DNA of 62,945 nt, the filler included, from Octopus bimaculoides (taxonomy: Eukaryota): the NCBI RefSeq assembly GCF_001194135.2. It is 5 parts of 4 records of this genome, joined end to end, with 100 filler letters (N's around TTAATTAATTAA, not from the genome) between each part and the next. Parts side by side here need not be neighbours in the genome. Positions count along the whole stretch, not along the records: positions 36,722 to 59,206 come from NC_068989.1; positions 59,307 to 62,945 come from NC_068983.1; 3 more parts are not named here. One strand, written 5' to 3'. Made by a program: the position numbers and the translations under genes. The notes under the pieces are model-generated. The model saw only the letters and a program-made list of their open reading frames with translations, had not been told where the DNA came from and made no database searches. Shown piece after piece: positions 49,373 through 62,945 of the stretch (position 1 is its first letter; each line of letters begins with the position of its first letter).

Positions 49373-50000
49373 TAGCAGGCTTGTACACATTCTGTTTTCC
49401 GAATTCACGCACAAAGCATGTGACAACCTGGGGCTACAGTAGAAGAAACTTGATCAAATCGCCGCGCAGTGAGACTGAACCCGAATGCACACTGTCGACG
49501 TGTGAACTTCTTAAGTACACAGTCATACCATGGGACATTTTTGAACTATTGATATCTAATGCAGGTTGGTAGTCAGCATTGTGTTATTAATGCTGTGGTC
49601 AAAACGGTTAACTTTTAACTGCGTGTAAATATGTATCACAGTGTTATGTTTCAAAATTCTAAATAGTGGGATTACTTGTAAATTTACGAGTGAATCATCA
49701 GCTTGCAATTGATATTCCCCCCCCCCCCATTGGTTTACAACGGAGAGGACAGTGGTAACTTCATGCTGGATTTTATTCCATGATATGAAATAGAATTATT
49801 CAATGACGTCTCTTGAGCAACTTCCTTATCGTCTTCATTGCACATAGCTTCCTGTTGCAGATAACATCATCTAATTATATGTAATACATACGCATTAAAA
49901 CAAATATCTCAATATTACGTACGTTCGAAATAAATGAAATTTCATTCACGCGCGCGTGCACGCACACATGCACACTCTCACTTCGTAAAACATTTTCATC

Positions 50001-50374
50001 ATGGCTGTGTGGTAAGTAGCTTGCCTACGAACCGCATGGTTCCTGGTTCAGTCTCATTGCTTGGCACGTTGGGCAAGTGTCTTCTACTATAGCCTCGGGC
50101 CGACCAAAGCCTTGTGAGTGGATTTGCTAGACGGAAACTGAAAGAAGCCCGTCGTATGTATGTATATATATGTATGTGTGTGTATATGTTTGTGTGTCTG
50201 TGTTTGTCTCCCCAACATCGCTTGACAACCGATGATGGTGTATTTACGTCCCCGTAACTCAGCGGTTCGGAAAAGTTACCGATAGAATAAGTCCTGGGGT
50301 TGATTTGTTCGACTAAAGGTGGTGCTCCAGCATGGCCATAGTCAAATGACTGAAACTAGTAAAAGAGTAAAAGA

Positions 50375-50375
<1 letters not shown>
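50001..50375 (+). mobile_element. SINE family A, near full length
   Basis: tggctgtgtggtaagtagcttgc..gtaaaagagtaaaagag. Confidence 0.92.
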
Positions 50376-50434
<59 letters not shown>

Positions 50435-52702
50435 TAATGTCGTCTTCGTTGAATGAGTAAAGTTAAACTATAGGAGAACAGACACTGATATTTCGTCGAG
50501 ACCTAGCAATTAAACAAAATAGAAAAAAACAAAGAAAAAGAGCCATTACATTTCGGGCATATCATTGATGAGGTCGCGAATGGCAACAAAAGGACTTTAC
50601 GACGTTATATGATTGACTAACCAGTCAGTCAATTAGTGAATTCGTCAAATGGCTTACTTGACTAATAATAACGACAAAAGGACTGTATAGAACTAATGCG
50701 TGTTATTATTGCATAATGACCTTCCCAAAATACAACAAAATGTATAGTGTTCCTTTTGTCATTTCCACAGCTAATACAACATTCTCTGATTCGCTAAATA
50801 AACAAAATGTATTCTATAACCACCATGTCGCAGTCAACATACATGTCACTTTCATTCATATCAGCCTATGACTCACGCTCCAACTAAACACTGACCCAAT
50901 CCTTTCTCTGCAGTTTTATAACCCTCTGGACCGCCCTCTTTATGCATTTCGTACCTATATTCATCAATCCACCATAGTTCAGGTTAAATATTGACTCATC
51001 GGCCTTACCAACGGAAGAAAGCCTACGAAGTTCATAGACGCTGTCCCTTCTTCGACTAATAACACTAACATACTATAGGTATATAGTTTATCAATCATAA
51101 AATGATCGAAAGCAAATTAAGAATTCGAAATCACGAGAGTCTTAAATTAAATGTAAAATGTCTGCTTAGTAAATTTTGAGTTTATATAACTCAGAACTAT
51201 CACTGAATTACAAAAAGTCATGGGTCCAAGTTTCAAGTTCTCTTTCCGTAACATTAAATAAATGAAAACAGGAGTCTGAACTTTGACAGGCCGTTAGAAA
51301 GATACCAGTGAAATACAATTACTATATTCTATTGACATAGGCATCACAATCTACTTATTAATGTATGAGATGTTGCTACTTAATGTATGATAGCTGTCTG
51401 AAAGTTTTATCTGATTATGTTAAGACGTTGCCGGACTATCACCGTCTAACGCAGTCTAGTATTCGGTATCTTGTCATCACTACTGTAGTTAAAACAGTTG
51501 GTTTCTTTTTTTTATTTATTTTAATTCAGCAAGATCGAACTTCATATCAGCAGTGGGAATACTAGTGAATTAACGAGTGAGTCACTAGCTTGCGATTGTT
51601 ATTTCTCCCTTTGGTTTGAAATGGAAACGAGGATGGCAATCCCACGTTGAGTTGCTCATGGTGCATTGTATGAAATAAAATTACTCGCTTGTCCTTTACG
51701 CAATTGCCATTAGGATGATCGTTATATGAAGCCTCCTGCTGCATATAACATCATCGAAATTCATGTGTTGCACACGCCTTAAAGCTAATATCCTAATTAT
51801 TTACGTTCGAGATAAAATGAAATTTCAGTCGCACACTTACTTTCTCGAATCAGCTTAATGCAGGTCCGTGAAAATTTAAAAAAATATATTTATTAGCAAT
51901 TACATCGATGTGTTTGTTGAAGTGTGTTAATCATTAATGGAAATATTGACAGAAATACTTTTATGATAATTAGACAAATTAAAGATAAAAATTTTAGAGA
52001 AAACTATAAAACGTTATATTACTTCTTTATATGATCCTGTACTAAATATACAATTATAGAATAACGATAACAACAACAAAAACAAAAATAAGCAATTAAA
52101 TTCATGACTTTCAAATATACGATTTATGCAAAAGTAATACGATGTGACATTTGTTCAAATCAGTACGAAAATCATGAATGTGAAAGAACAGAGAAGAATA
52201 ATATGTGAAATACAGCAGAATAGAAAAAGCTTGGAATGAGATATAGTTAAAAAGAATAAAAATAGAAAATCCGCTAACGTTGTACTTTGTCTGCATCAAT
52301 AGTTCTCAACGCATTGTAGCTCAATACTCTCTCTCAATAACGCTTTACAAATAGTGGCTCCCTGTTTTACGAAACAAAAAAATTAACATAGGCCTTGATG
52401 CATCTTCAGACTTGTTTCTGTTAACTAACTAAACAATATCTGGCTCGTACGAGTATTTTAATACGGTCAAAGACATTTTTACGTTCTTTTTAATATAGTT
52501 GTTCAACCAGATTCTATTATTTTATCTTATAGTGTCACCATGCTATTTCCAACCCACCTTCTGCTCTCACAATACACATCCACCCCTTCAGAAGTGTGCC
52601 ACCACCTAGATTAAGAACCTCTGCTCTAAAGTATCTGGCTCATTAACTGTTACTGGCTTCAGTTTTACTCATGATGACTTCGCCTTTTATTTCCTTAAGG
52701 TT

Positions 52703-53160
52703 GTTGGCACTCCGTCGCTTACGACGACGAGGGTTTCGGTTGATCCGATCAACGGAACAGCCTGCTCGTGAAATTAATGTGCAAGTGCCTGAGCACTCCA
52801 CAGACACGTGTACCCTTAACGTAGTTCTCGGGGATATTCAGCGTGTCACAGTGTAACAAGGCTGACCCTTTGAATTACAGTCACAGCAGAAANNNNNNNN
52901 NNCTCGGGGATATTCAGCGTGTCACAGTGTAACAAGGCTGACCCTTTGAATTACAGTCACAGCAGAAACAGGAAGTAAGAGTGAGAGAAAGTTGTAGTGA
53001 AAGAGTACAGCAGGGTTCGCCACCATCCCCTACCGGAACCTCGTGGAGCTTTTAGGTGTTTTCGCTCAATAAACAATGACAACGCAGGGTCTGGGAATCG
53101 AAACCACGATCCTACGACCGCGACTCCACTGCCCTAACCACTGGGCCATTGCGCCTCCAC
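52703..53160 (-). mobile_element. tRNA-headed SINE family C, full length with a 13-bp TSD
   Basis: Perfect TSD tttccttaaggtt at 52690-52702 and 53161-53173. Head ggaggcgcaatggcccagtggttagggcag..ggtttcgattccc has A/B boxes. Confidence 0.93.
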
Positions 53161-53665
53161 TTTCCTTAAGGTTAATATAAAGAATCTGACATCGTATCAC
53201 AAAAAATCCACATTCTTCAGCAAAGTATTCATTTTGTTATGAGCCATGCATATACAACAAGATATAAGAAACTATACTAACCGCCTTTTATCTAGAAAGT
53301 ATGAACAGCTGGAGTATTTTCTACAGGATGTTGGTCATGTCTTATAGAATATTTCTTGTGACATAACCAATAACCTAATTAGGACACAAAACAGTGCGCA
53401 GGCAGGTGTGTTCAAGTCTTGGTTTATAATCAGAAGAATCAACAAAGTTTCTAGTTGTCTTCAACTATGAATGTGAGATAAGACACTGCAAGAGTCTAGA
53501 TAACTGAAAGTTTAAGACTAAGACACCAAAATGTGTTCATGACTACTCGTGTGGATAGACAAGTCGGGACCCTGGTAATATACTTAAAAATATGAGAATA
53601 TTATCATCAAATATTCCGAAACTCATTGAACATAAGAGGCTGATTTCATTGATATGTATTTAAAC

Positions 53666-53778
<113 letters not shown>

Positions 53779-54351
53779 ACCAATTATAAAGAGAAGTATG
53801 TTTCTTGCGATGTGTTATATGTATTTTCTATAGAGGCTGGCGGGCTCACTGGTAAATACAATGGCTTACACTGTCTCTGATCGGTGCTGATAATAACAGA
53901 AGGGGAGAGAAAGACTTGTAAAAAGCCCTCATCTTCTTAAGACATAGTCGAATTACAAAACAGCGTCTCACTCTAATGGCCTGAGCTAAACTTGATGAAG
54001 AATAAACATGTTATAAATGCGCATTTAGAAGGTGTTATGAGGTGGGCAATGAAATAAAGTGTTTAAATGATGATTGACTTATTATTGTCTGCGAGACAAA
54101 GGGTGTCGACAACGGGCATTACTTCCAGTAATGGGTGATTTATAGCTAGATCCATGGTGTTTTATGTAGTCGGACTTAGAAAGAACAGCAGAGCAGTGGT
54201 AGGTTGGTGAAGAACGACGTAATGGCTACTACATCGCGGATATAGCCTTGCATCTCTCTCTATAATATTTCCATGTATATATACATGCATGTGTGTGTGT
54301 GTGTGTGTGTGTGTGTTTGTGTGTATGTGTACGTGTGTATGTGTATGTATG

Positions 54352-54895
54352 TATGTTGTATTCTTCCATCGCTGTTGTATTCTTCTGACACGTGGACATA
54401 TTATGAAAGACATTACAAATTATTAGAGGAATTCCACCAAAAATGTCTTCATCGAATTTTAAACAATAAATGGGGTTTTTTTTTACTCCAAACACAGATG
54501 TCCTTGCTTCTGCAGGCATCACTTCAATTAAAGCATTGATTCTGAAGAGCCAAATGAGATGGTCTGGTCATACTTTTCGAATGGCGGTAGAACGCACACT
54601 CAAACAGCTCTTATATAAACAGCTTGCAGAGGGGAAATGCTATCGGTCTAAACCTAAAAAAAGGTTTAAGGACGACATAAAGACTACAATGAAGTCACTT
54701 GGAATGAATCCAGAAAACATAGAAATCCTTGCTTCGTATCGGCCTGGATTGCGAACAAAAGCGTGGAGTGGAGTGAAAGCGTTTGAAGAGGCCAGGATAA
54801 CGCATGCAAGACTCAAGAGAGTTTTAAAGAAGAATGTTTCAATCGAGAAGGTGAATCACAATGACCTTTTTGTGAGTTCACTTTGTGACTGACCA
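54352..54895 (+). mobile_element. RTE (Bov-B-like) LINE C-terminal RT fragment
   Basis: ILPSLLYSSDTWT..FHQKCLHRIL; frameshift; NTDVL..SQMRWSGH..KPKKRFKDDIK. Confidence 0.9.
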
Positions 54896-56398
54896 TGCCT
54901 TTCTTTTTCTGGGCTCAAATCTCATTTGTGGACCCAAGAAAAACGAACCTCCACCAACTATTCTGCCTAGATATCTATGCACACTTTTCAATGCCATATA
55001 TGCCATAATGTCTGAAAATCTAACGGAGGCCTCAAAACACAATTTAAGATCTACAAAGATCAGAACTTAACTGCAGCTCTTGGTGATCCAAACCGGATAT
55101 GCAATTTATGTGGATGTATGTATGTATGTATATATATGTATATATATATATATATATATNNNNNNNNNNNNNNNNNNNNNNNNNNNNNNNNNNNNNNNNN
55201 NNNNNNNNNNNNNNNNNNNNNNNNNNNNNNNNNNNNNNNNNNNNNNNNNNNNNNNNNNNNNNNNNNNNNNNNNNNNNNNNNNNNNNNNNNNNNNNNNNNN
55301 NNNNNNNNNNNNNNNNNNNNNNNNNNNNNNNNNNNNNNNNNNNNNNNNNNNNNNNNNNNNNNNNNNNNNNNNNNNNNNNNNNNNNNNNNNNNNNNNNNNN
55401 NNNNNNNNNNNNNNNNNNNNNNNNNNNNNNNNNNNNNNNNNNNNNNNNNNNNNNNNNNNNNNNNNNNNNNNNNNNNNNNNNNNNNNNNNNNNNNNNNNNN
55501 NNNNNNNNNNNNNNNNNNNNNNNNNNNNNNNNGAAAAACCAGAACAAATACTGCAAGGCACTTTGTTCGCCCCACTAACGATTCTGCAAATAATAGAAAA
55601 CTCTAAGCATGCATATTTCAATAATTAATTAATTTTACGTAAGAATATATACATACACTTGTTCTAGAATATGATATATAGAAATATGTAACAAAAGGTA
55701 CTTCTTTGATATAGAAATACAGTTACCTCTTCCCAGCACCAAACACACTTCGTCGACATCATAAGAAATCCGAATCGGAATATTTTAAAATAGATTCGTG
55801 CAATTTTTTTTTATGCCAACTGTTACTATTGTGCTCAAACCGTATAAAATGATTCACAAATCCTTCAAACTATCTCTACACAATTTCCTGATAACAAACA
55901 GGTCACATTAATATAACATGTATGCACACTCAATATATTCTCACATACAAAACATTTGTGTATACAGGTATGAGTATCTCTTGCATTATATGTACATACA
56001 TTACCTTATGAGCTTTATTCATGCATAAAGTGTTCTTTATGAATAGATTATGGTGCACAAGTGAGTGAAAAGCAAGATAAAATTGAGTAGGAGTAGAAGG
56101 GGTTTATATCATTGTTATGTACGGTACATGGGACAGATAGGGAAAGAATGAAATGATGAAAATGATAGCTCGATAGAGTAAGAGGTTAGCTTTATGATAC
56201 TCAAAGTAATATTTGTGTATTGATAACGTGGAGAAGCTTAAAAAAACAAATTATGTAACACAAGATATCACAAAGGTGACCCAGCCATATACATCTAGAC
56301 AAGCAAAAGCTCTATAACAAACATTTATTAAATTCGCAGCAAAATAAATATACTTTCATGTATTTATATATACATATAAAATCTATAATCATAGGCAT

Positions 56399-56763
56399 AG
56401 GCGGCGAGATGGCAGAAACGTTAGCACGCCAGGCGAAATGCTTAGCGGTATTTCGTCTGCCGTAACGTTCTGAGTTCAAATTCCGCTGAGGTCGACTTTG
56501 CCTTTCATCCTTCCGGGGTTGATAAATTAAGTACCAGTTACGCACTGGGGTCGATGTAATCGATTTAATCCCTCTGTCTGTCCTTGTTTGTCCCCTCGAT
56601 GTTTAGCCCCTTGTGGGCAATAAAGAAATAAGAGGCTCGCTTCCCAACCATATGGTTTGGGGTTCAGCTCCACAGCGTGGCACCTTCGGCAGGTGTCTTC
56701 TTCTATAGCCTTGAGCCGACTAAAGCTTTGTGATTGAATTTGGTAGACGGAAACTGAAAGAAG

Positions 56764-56805
<42 letters not shown>

Positions 56806-57025
56806 CGTGCGTGTGTAGTGTGTCCTTCTGTCTGTGTTTGTCCCCCACTACCGCTTGACAACCGGAGTTGGTGTATTTACGACTTTGTAACTTAGCGGTT
56901 CGGCAATAGAAGATGTACCAGACTTAACAAAAATTAAGTACAGGCGTCGATTCATTCGACTAAAAATTATCCAAGGTGGTGCCTCAGCGTGGTCGCTGTC
57001 TAATGCCTGAAACAAATAACAGATA
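56399..57025 (+). mobile_element. SINE B (56399-56632) directly followed by SINE A (56633-57025)
   Basis: Both match their family copies elsewhere in the window. Confidence 0.88.
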
Positions 57026-58846
57026 TTAGATTTTAGCATTGTCCATCATTAATTTCCTCGTATATTAAACAATAAAATTGTATTACTTGAAACATATTAC
57101 TTAAGGGCAATCATCATATATGACTAAAGCTTATAGTGGGAAGTGATTTCCTCCCGTTCACTAGCAGTTGTTATATATTTATACTTTTGTGTTATATATT
57201 TATACGTTATGCAAAAAAAAGAAACAATTGTCTAAAATTTTTATATATTGATGAATGGTAACCACTGACACGGTTTGGTGATTTTTCCTATTACAGAATT
57301 CATTGAAACAAGCAAAATTTTAAAAGGTATATGTTCTTCCATTAGCGTATATACACAAATTATTTTACGTAAGCAATGTGAAATCAGAAACTAAATACAT
57401 ACCATCATATCGTTTTCGGTTTAACTTCCCATCTGGTTCGACATATTAGTAGAATAGGAAACATTCGATTTTTAAATAATTTATTCATTATGTTGTTATT
57501 TGAATGTTACCCGTCACATGACAGGTAACATTGGAAGAGAATTTTTGTCCCCACATCAGGAAACATTGATGAAATGAATATTAATTTCCAAAAGAAAAAT
57601 ATTTAATTTAAACATAAAATAACATTAAATAAAACAAATTTTACGTTTGAATATTTTTTGCTATTTTTTCCAAAATTCTGACAACATATTCGCAATCTAC
57701 ATCACTGAAAACCTAACATTTCAACGTTTCATTAAGGTATAGCACCCATTGAACCACCCTGACAGGGATACGGCGAAGTCATGTAGCGGCACCATAGCGG
57801 AGTGTGAATCAGTAGCAGAAGAGCTCAACTGAGCCAACGGTGCTTCTTACATTGATGCTGAGCGGATAAATCCTAGAAGATCAACAGTCAGGTTCACCAA
57901 GTTCTATTAAGAGAGTAACTGCAACACATTGATAGGGGCGATGTCCATGGATGTGCAATTAGCTAATGAAAGAGTCACCATGACTCAATTCAGATTTATA
58001 GCAGGATTAGATAGCGACAGAGATTCATGAGAATTCACAAAAGTAGCGCGAATGAAGACATAAGACACTCACATGCTCTTTTTAGGTTAACTCTTTTTAT
58101 CTTACGTTTACTCTCTACCTCTTACATTAGCCGGTGTAGATCGTGATTGGAACAAACAAACAACCAAGATTCATAGTAGCTATTATTATGTAGTGATATT
58201 TTGTAAATACTTATTATTTTTAATTCAATTTGTACAACCATTCAGAAGTTGTTATAATTAAAAAGAAGGAATTCGTTATGGTACAATTGTTTATGTGCTT
58301 ATATGCAGTTATGACACATCATTTTCTTCCCGAGAGAGGAAGCAGTATCAATGCTTTTATGAGCCATTTGTCTCAGCCGTTTCACTGAAATCAAACTACA
58401 ACATTCTACTGTAGAAAAAACAAAGAAAAACGAGGTTCAAAGCTTTCACGTAAGAAATTTATCGATAGTAACATGGCGGCATTTTTTTAAGAAGATGCAC
58501 TATAATATTTAAGAAATATTCCTTCATATTTCAAGACGTGTGTTTGTGTGTGTGCGTGCGTGTGTGAGTGAGTGTCTGTGTGCGTGTATACGTGTGTATT
58601 GTGTGTGTGTGTGTGTGCGTGCGTGCTTGCGTGTGTGTGTGCACGCGTCTATATATTAATATTAATGCTTGTTTCCATGTAAAGTTGTATATAAAAGCAA
58701 TTTCATATTGAATGATCACTTAATATATTTTAAGAGAGTATATGTTTTAAAATTTTTACCGCAAAAAGATGGGAAGTAACTTAGAAGTTCTAACTTACTA
58801 ACCATTATACATATATGCATACATACACACATACACACACACAGAC

Positions 58847-58943
<97 letters not shown>

Positions 58944-59306
58944 TACATACACGCAGGCCAACATAAGGTTAATCTCGCCTATACATGCATACTCGCCCCC
59001 ATTCAGACATACACACTCACACACACCATTCTCACATACACACACTCGCTTGCACACACTAGTTCGACCTGACCATCGTTATTATCTCCCTTTCTCTCAG
59101 CCTCTTTTTTTCCGCCCATTTCATCACATTGAACCGTTCATCCCTTTACATTTTTTTCTCGTCGTTCTTTGTTTTCGTTCTCCGTTTCTTTTTTTTTTTT
59201 TTTTTTNNNNNNNNNNNNNNNNNNNNNNNNNNNNNNNNNNNNNNNNNNNNTTAATTAATTAANNNNNNNNNNNNNNNNNNNNNNNNNNNNNNNNNNNNNN
59301 NNNNNN

Positions 59307-59569
59307 TAGTTTTCTAGCTGCATAAGACCCCTGCCACCTTCTGTGCGTTGTATATATAGCCTTTCTATGTCAGATTTTGGGTGGTGCATCCTATATCCTG
59401 TCATTATTTTTCTTGTTTTCCTGTCTATTTTACATAGTTCGTTTAGTGTCCAGTTAAGGATGTTGTAGCTGTAGCTTATAACTGGGACAGCTAAAGTGTT
59501 GATACCTATTATCTTGTTTTTAGCATTGAGCTCTATTTTTAGTATTGATCTAACTCGTCTATAGTACTC

Positions 59570-59571
<2 letters not shown>
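59307..59571 (-). mobile_element. Dong/R4-like non-LTR retrotransposon fragment (post-RT region), 5'-truncated at a (TAA)n tract
   Basis: KEYYRRVRSILKIELNAKNKIIGINTLAVPVISYS..DRKTRK..HHPKSDIERLY..EGGRGL is typical of R4/Dong-clade RLE LINEs. It abuts (TTA)n at 59572-59623; the 3' part is lost in the gap. Confidence 0.8.
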
Positions 59572-59624
<53 letters not shown>

Positions 59625-60790
59625 CCGAAATGCTGCGAGCCATTTGAAGATACGGTAATCGCAACATTAAGATCAGAAGGAGAAATGAAAAATGTAATGT
59701 AGAATATGGTACGCGAATTGCCGGTGACCCTGGAAGACATAAAACGAAATGCGAAAAAGGACAAATTCGTAACAGAAATGAAAAGAATGCTGTGGACAGG
59801 AAAAGTAAATAAGAACAGGATTGGTGCAAAACGAAACCAAGACATGAACCTATATTCAATTTATGATGGCGTACTGAGATATGCACAGAGAGTAGTAATA
59901 CCTGAAACACTGCAAAAGAAAATGTTGAGGGAATTCCATGATGGATATTCTAGTAGTTCGAGGGTGAAAGCTTTAATGCGTAGCTACGTGTACTGGCCAA
60001 AAATGGATAGAGAAATAAAAAATTTAGTGAAAGGCTGCAGAGGAAGAGCTCTAGCGACAAAACTATCGACGATAAGAAGTGAACCTTGGCCAAAAGTAGA
60101 TGTTCCGTGGTCGAGATTACACACCGATTTCGCTGCTCCCTTAAACGGTTCATATTACATAGAGATAGTAGATAATTTCTTTAAATGGCCAGAAAATTGT
60201 AAGTGTAAAAAGCCAACCTCCTCTACTACGACAAACTTTCTACATGAGCTGTTTGCAAGATTTAGCGTCCCAGACACGATAGTATCTGACAATGGAACGC
60301 AGTTTGTGAGTTTTGAGTTTAAACAGTTTCATAAAATGTTCGCTGTTGAACATGTAACTATGGCGCCATACCATCCCAGATCTAAGAACGCTTTGTCAAT
60401 ACGTTCAAGAGAGCTCTAAGAAAGTCGAATAAGGAAGTCACGGATGAGATAGCTCTACAACAATCCTTAAGAGTATACCGTGTGACACCAAATCCAAATG
60501 CATCAACAGGTTTGTCACCAGCGGAGCTGATGCTTGCGAGGGAAATAAAATTAGACTTCGACAAATTACTACCTGGTAAGAAAAGAAAAATTGCAATGGA
60601 TAATATAGCAAGATATTCCAAAATTGGTGAAAATGTATTTGTTAGGGCATATAAGAACGGAAAACAAGACTGGGAAGATGGCGTGATTACCAAACGCATA
60701 GGAAAAACGCTATACAAGAGACATACAAGAGACACATAACTCAATAAAAAAAAGATTCGTTGAGAGCGTTCCTCACTCTGATGAAAATGA
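59625..60790 (+). mobile_element. Ty3/Gypsy LTR retrotransposon pol remnant (integrase)
   Basis: ORF 59706-60419 has a degenerate HHCC region (RSYVYWPKMD..VKGC) and an rve core (PWSRLHTDFAAP, IVDNFFKWPE, PDTIVSDNGTQF, APYHP). It continues by frameshift into TGLSPAELML. No LTRs recognised. Confidence 0.92.
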
Positions 60791-61114
60791 CAATGCATAA
60801 ATTTAATTATAATTATTATGGTTATAACTTTTTCTTACATATTTGTATTGTCCTTTGAAACACGCGTATGTATTGAATCCTATTTTGTATTAAATCTAAT
60901 TTTGATTCAACATCCTTTTCTCCTCCATTTTTCTATAATTGTTTATGGTATATTTATAGCTATAACGATATTTTTCAACTACTATTTTCATATTCTTATT
61001 ACTTGCTCTGACTGTTTTTTATGAAAATGATGAATCTTTATTAGAAATCATTCTTTCTCTCTTTTTGGATCTCTCAAAAAGTTTGAATTGTTCTCTTTTG
61101 AACTTATTATTTCC

Positions 61115-61177
<63 letters not shown>

Positions 61178-61180
<3 letters not shown>

Positions 61181-62402
61181 TGGCATGACAGAAGTAAATA
61201 GACACCCCATAAAATATCGTTATATGTCTATTCTAACTTGTAATAGTTTATATATTTTTTGGATTGACATTTTTATGTTACAGGTTCTATATGTGACTGT
61301 TTAATCATGCCATGTACAAAAACAACCTTGGAATTTTCTTAATTTCAAAGAGGTCGTATTGTGGGTCATCCTGAAGGTGGACATAGCGTAAAATCGCTGA
61401 AAACCTTGGGATCCCGCTTTCTACAGTTAATACAGTAATTGTGCAATTCACTAGAGAGAGAAGGAGTTCACATTACCTCACACAGATCAACCAAGGCCCT
61501 CTGACAGAGCCCTTCTCTTTGCTAAGAGAAGTATGGAGGATAATCCTCGTTGCAAGGCCTCTGACATAGCAGTACAAGTTGATGTCAGTTCCAGAATAGC
61601 TCTCAGGCATCTCCACAAACTTAGTTATTATGGCAGAGCAGCAAGAAGGAAACCACTTCTTCGACCAGCCAACATCAAGCGGAGAAAAGATTGGACCGGT
61701 GAGATGGTGGAGAGGCCACTAGCATTTTGGGACACTGTCATATTCTCTGATGATCCAAATTTACTGTATTTCCTGACAGTGGTCGAGTGTGGGTCTGTGA
61801 TCAAGAATTTGATGTGAAAAGATTGCAGCCAACAATGAAACACGGCAACTATACTGTGATGGTCTGGGAAGCAATTTGGAGCAATGATTGATCACAGCTG
61901 GCGGAGTGTGAGGGAAATGTTAACTCAGATAAATATGTGTCCATATTTCAGAAAGGACTCCTTCCTATCTTTTCCAGTAGTAAAATGCTTGAAGAAAACT
62001 GTATTTATGGAAGATGGAGCTCCTTGTCACACGGCTAAAATGATCCAAGAGTTGTTGGATGAGAATGGCATAAAAATCTTCCATGGTCAAGTCAGTCACC
62101 AGATATGGACACTATTGAACACCTGTGGGTCAGGACACTTCATAAAAAGAGCAAGAAGGCATCTTCAACGCTATATCTTTTGAGATTACTAGATGAAACT
62201 TGGCAGGAAATTCCGCAAGAGAATATTCGACATCTGATCAGTAACATGTCTAACAGGGTCCTTACATTAAAAAATGCAATGGGCATGTCTACTAAATATT
62301 GAATATTCACATTATAATAATTAATATATAATTTGAAGGTATAATTTCAGATTTAAATAAATTTTAATAATTACAAGTGTGTCTATTTACTTCTGACATG
62401 TG
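61178..62402 (+). mobile_element. Tc1-like DNA transposon (DD34E), decayed
   Basis: TIRs catgacagaagtaaatagacac / gtgtctatttacttctgacatg. Transposase pieces RKPLL, VIFSD and EDGAPCH..WSSQSPDMDTIEHLW give 34 aa between D and E after a 1-bp frameshift correction. Confidence 0.92.
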
Positions 62403-62444
62403 CGCGCGCGCGTGTGTATATCTATCTATCTATATATATTATAA

Positions 62445-62885
62445 TAATAGACTCTCCCGTCGTTAGACGACGTATGAGGGTTCGAAAATTTCTTACCGAA
62501 CAACCACACATGATTTGTTTATAGTGATCAAATGTTCGTGTAGACATGAGCTCACTCACTCCATCAGATCGACATTATCTGTACATGTGCAACGGATGCC
62601 ACATGTCAGATGTCGAAATCCTTGTAGAGCAACGTGAAATGAAATTCTTTGCTCAAGAATACAACGCAACGCCCGGTCTGGGAATCGAACCTGCGATCTC
62701 ACAATTGTGAGTGCAACACCTTAACCACCAAGCCATACGCCCCACCTTTTGACAACCTATTTTGGTGTGTTTACGTCCCCGTAACTTAGTGGTTTGGCAG
62801 AAGACACACCTAAGCTTTAAAAAAATAAGTACTGGGATCGATTCATTCTACTGAAAATTCTTCAAAGCGATACTCCAGCAGTACA
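62445..62885. mobile_element. SINE F (-; 62445-62746) plus SINE A 3' fragment (+; 62755-62885)
   Basis: ttgctcaagaatacaacgcaacgcccggtctgggaatcgaacc; tttacgtccccgtaacttagtggtttggc. Confidence 0.75.
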
Positions 62886-62945
62886 AGTAAATTATATATA
62901 TACGTGTGTGTGTATGTGTACATATGTATATATATATATGTATAT

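Noticed and set aside
52827-52968. Perfect 66-bp tandem duplication inside SINE C
   Set aside because: The two identical copies are separated by exactly 10 N, indicating an unmerged contig overlap.
53085-53160. tRNA-like sequences with A/B boxes (also about 16935-17006 and the SINE A/B heads)
   Set aside because: They run directly into SINE bodies, have TSDs or tails, and lack a complete cloverleaf with a pol III terminator. Not called as tRNA genes.

Overview
Repeat-dense, AT-rich animal genomic DNA with many assembly gaps. The SINE and microsatellite landscape and the zinc-finger style point to an octopod cephalopod (Octopus-like); this is inferred from recognising repeat families, not from a search. 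The only well-supported host protein-coding sequence is a six-finger C2H2 zinc-finger ORF (7647-8381, +). It is preceded by a strong splice acceptor and followed by AATAAA, with a possible non-coding first exon near 41-327. The rest is mostly decayed mobile DNA: several tRNA-headed SINE families (about 30 copies or fragments), RTE-clade LINE fragments, a Dong/R4-like LINE fragment abutting (TAA)n, a Gypsy integrase fragment, a Helitron helicase fragment, Tc1 (DD34E) and mariner remnants, hAT transposase and MITE remnants, Penelope-like repeats with hammerhead-like motifs, and long microsatellites. The most notable leads are: (i) the ZNF recognition helices predict an (NAA)4 site in a window where retroelements sit in (TAA)n tracts; (ii) a two-copy non-autonomous mariner built from two left ends; (iii) an isolated GC-rich 118-nt hairpin; (iv) a degenerate minimal hammerhead ribozyme; (v) a by-eye CpG-depletion pattern hinting at a second, unannotated spliced transcription unit. 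Repeat boundaries are approximate (about +/-10-20 bp unless a TSD or TIR is cited). No prokaryotic features, CRISPR arrays or genuine tRNA/rRNA genes were found.
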